From a virus (Duplodnaviria > Caudoviricetes), in IMG/VR virus record IMGVR_UViG_3300027863_000160, positions 1-25,844 of that record: DNA of 25,844 bases. One strand, given 5' to 3'. The notes under the pieces are model-generated. The model was not told the origin of the DNA and made no database searches. It saw nothing but the letters and a program-made list of their open reading frames with translations. Below are positions 24,294-25,844 of the stretch, one piece after another (position 1 is the first letter of the stretch; each line of letters opens with the position of its first letter). A program made the translations under genes and the position numbers.

Positions 24294-25844
24294 TTTTAAG
24301 TATCCGAGAAGTCAAAGAATTACCATCAAACCCTCAACAATTTGAGATTTATTATCTTCTTGAAGATTGGAATGGATATACAGGGAATAAAGTTTATATG
24401 TGGAACGGAACGCAGTGGATAGAATTACAGGTAGATTATCCCGCTATTAACTTATATCGTCCTCAACGGGAGGTTGGAAGGTTAGTTTACACTGGACGAG
24501 ATTATCAAACCGCACTTGACGAATTTTATGGTTTCATCGCAAAGTATTACAAGGATAGATATACTCACTTAATTGCTTCTGATTTGGGGGTTATGCTTAT
24601 GGAAATAGTGGCATGGGCGGTGGATACTCTTTCTTTCTATCAAGACATGTATGCTTCTGAAAGTTATTTATCAACCGCACTTTTGAGGAATTCAATTCTT
24701 CAACTTGCGAGGAATGTGGGTTACAAATGGAAAGGCGCCACTTCATCAAAAGTAAAAGGAAAACTTGTCATGAATCAGAATTATCCTTTTCCTGTTTTAG
24801 TTGATAGAAGATTAAAAGCAGTGTCGTCGGCGGGTTATATTTTTGAAACACTTGAGCAAGTGATATTCCCGCCCAACTCGGCGGGCATGAAACAAGATGT
24901 TACTTTCCGACAGGGCGAAACGAATATAGTAACTTATGCTTCAACGGGCATGCCGAATCAAAAATTCATTTTACCACCACTTGAACCCGATAAATATATT
25001 TCCTCTGTTGAAGTATATGTCAATGGTGAAAAGTGGGAAGAAGTAGATTTTCTTAATCCCTTGAAGGACAAAATTTTTGAGTTTGAATACAACGCTGTTC
25101 CGCCGTATGTGAGGTTTGGTGACGGAGTGACAGGACTTATTCCAGAAGCGGGGGCTGAAATAAGAATACATTATGTCATCTGTGATGGGGTTAAAGGAAA
25201 TGATGTCATGCCTAACGAGTTAATTCTTACTGGGAATGTGGTAGTAAATGGAGTTCGTATTGATTTATCGGTGGAACAGACCGAGCGACCGACGGGCGGA
25301 AAAAATCCACCTTCTCTTGATGAAGTTCGTTATTATGCTCCTCTACTTTTCTATACATCCAAAAAAGCCGTTACCAAAAAAGACTGGGATACTCTTATCA
25401 ATACTTATCCTGGGGTCGCAAAAGGAGTTGCTATAATTGTCAGGTCAATTGAAAGTGATGCCTATCTCAACCATTTAATCAATCAAATTACTGACCCTAA
25501 TTTAAGAAATACTCTAAAAGCATATTTGAATAGGATTATTGATAGCACCTGTCGGGCAAATCATGTCGTAGTTTATATCCTCGCTTCCGATTCCGAAGGC
25601 AATTATATATCCCCTTCGCAAACCTTAAAAGACGATTTGAAGAATTATTTGGAACAAATAAAAGTTATTCCTGTGACAATTGAGGTTGAGGATGGTATGC
25701 AGAAAGCATTTCATTGTGATACTCAAGTAGAGGTGAGGATTGATTCTACGCTTTACAATGCTGTTGAGGTTATGAATGAAGTTAAGAAACAGGTTGAAGA
25801 ATTTTTGAAATATAAAAACTTTGGTGAGGATATAAGAGTATCCG
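24290..25844 (+). CDS. Baseplate wedge subunit, T4 gp6/baseplate J-like (3'-truncated)
   Basis: ATG 24290 overlaps the gp25 stop. Manual translation gives YTGRDYQT...SDLGVMLMEIVAWAVDTLSFYQD...ESYLSTA..RNSILQLARNVGY, later VRFGDGVTGLIP and AVTKKDW. Runs off the window end, so it is absent from the ORF track. Confidence 0.88.
   Translation, partial: MILSIREVKELPSNPQQFEIYYLLEDWNGYTGNKVYMWNGTQWIELQVDYPAINLYRPQREVGRLVYTGRDYQTALDEFYGFIAKYYKDRYTHLIASDLGVMLMEIVAWAVDTLSFYQDMYASESYLSTALLRNSILQLARNVGYKWKGATSSKVKGKLVMNQNYPFPVLVDRRLKAVSSAGYIFETLEQVIFPPNSAGMKQDVTFRQGETNIVTYASTGMPNQKFILPPLEPDKYISSVEVYVNGEKWEEVDFLNPLKDKIFEFEYNAVPPYVRFGDGVTGLIPEAGAEIRIHYVICDGVKGNDVMPNELILTGNVVVNGVRIDLSVEQTERPTGGKNPPSLDEVRYYAPLLFYTSKKAVTKKDWDTLINTYPGVAKGVAIIVRSIESDAYLNHLINQITDPNLRNTLKAYLNRIIDSTCRANHVVVYILASDSEGNYISPSQTLKDDLKNYLEQIKVIPVTIEVEDGMQKAFHCDTQVEVRIDSTLYNAVEVMNEVKKQVEEFLKYKNFGEDIRVS

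Noticed and set aside
18013-25844. eCIS, tailocin or T6SS locus
   Set aside because: The same window encodes terminase, portal, protease and capsid, so the baseplate genes belong to a phage.
1-25844. Alternative genetic code, tRNA or rRNA genes
   Set aside because: Conserved genes are intact under code 11 and all three stop codons end genes; no cloverleaf or rRNA-like sequence was recognised in the short intergenic gaps.

Overview
A 25.8 kb segment of a large tailed dsDNA phage of myovirus type with T4-like (gp20/21/23/13/14-type) morphogenesis genes. Sigma70-type promoters and AGGAGG Shine-Dalgarno (SD) sites indicate a bacterial host; the E/K/R-rich proteins hint at a thermophile (inference only). 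Gene order: terminase large subunit (5'-truncated), portal with a 148-aa mini-intein, three prohead-core-like small genes, prohead protease with an in-frame nested scaffold, major capsid protein, neck gp13, a PurD-like ATP-grasp ligase, neck gp14, a block of small mostly acidic unknown genes including two tandem 232-aa paralogues, an oppositely oriented DNA-processing cassette (SSB, RuvC-like, Cas4-like, PD-(D/E)XK nucleases), divergent promoters with an uncalled RHH regulator, then a tail chaperone with a probable -1 frameshift, tape measure and baseplate genes (gp53/X, gpD/gp27, gp5/gpV, gp25, gp6; 3'-truncated). Most notable: the ATP-grasp amide ligase wedged between the two neck genes near an SD-led 12-aa Lys-rich micropeptide; a palindrome GGCAC-N4-GTGCC at three intergenic sites just before ribosome-binding sites; an atypical portal intein; a nested scaffold start; apparently leaderless transcripts. 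All family calls come from motif recognition by eye; no database search was run.
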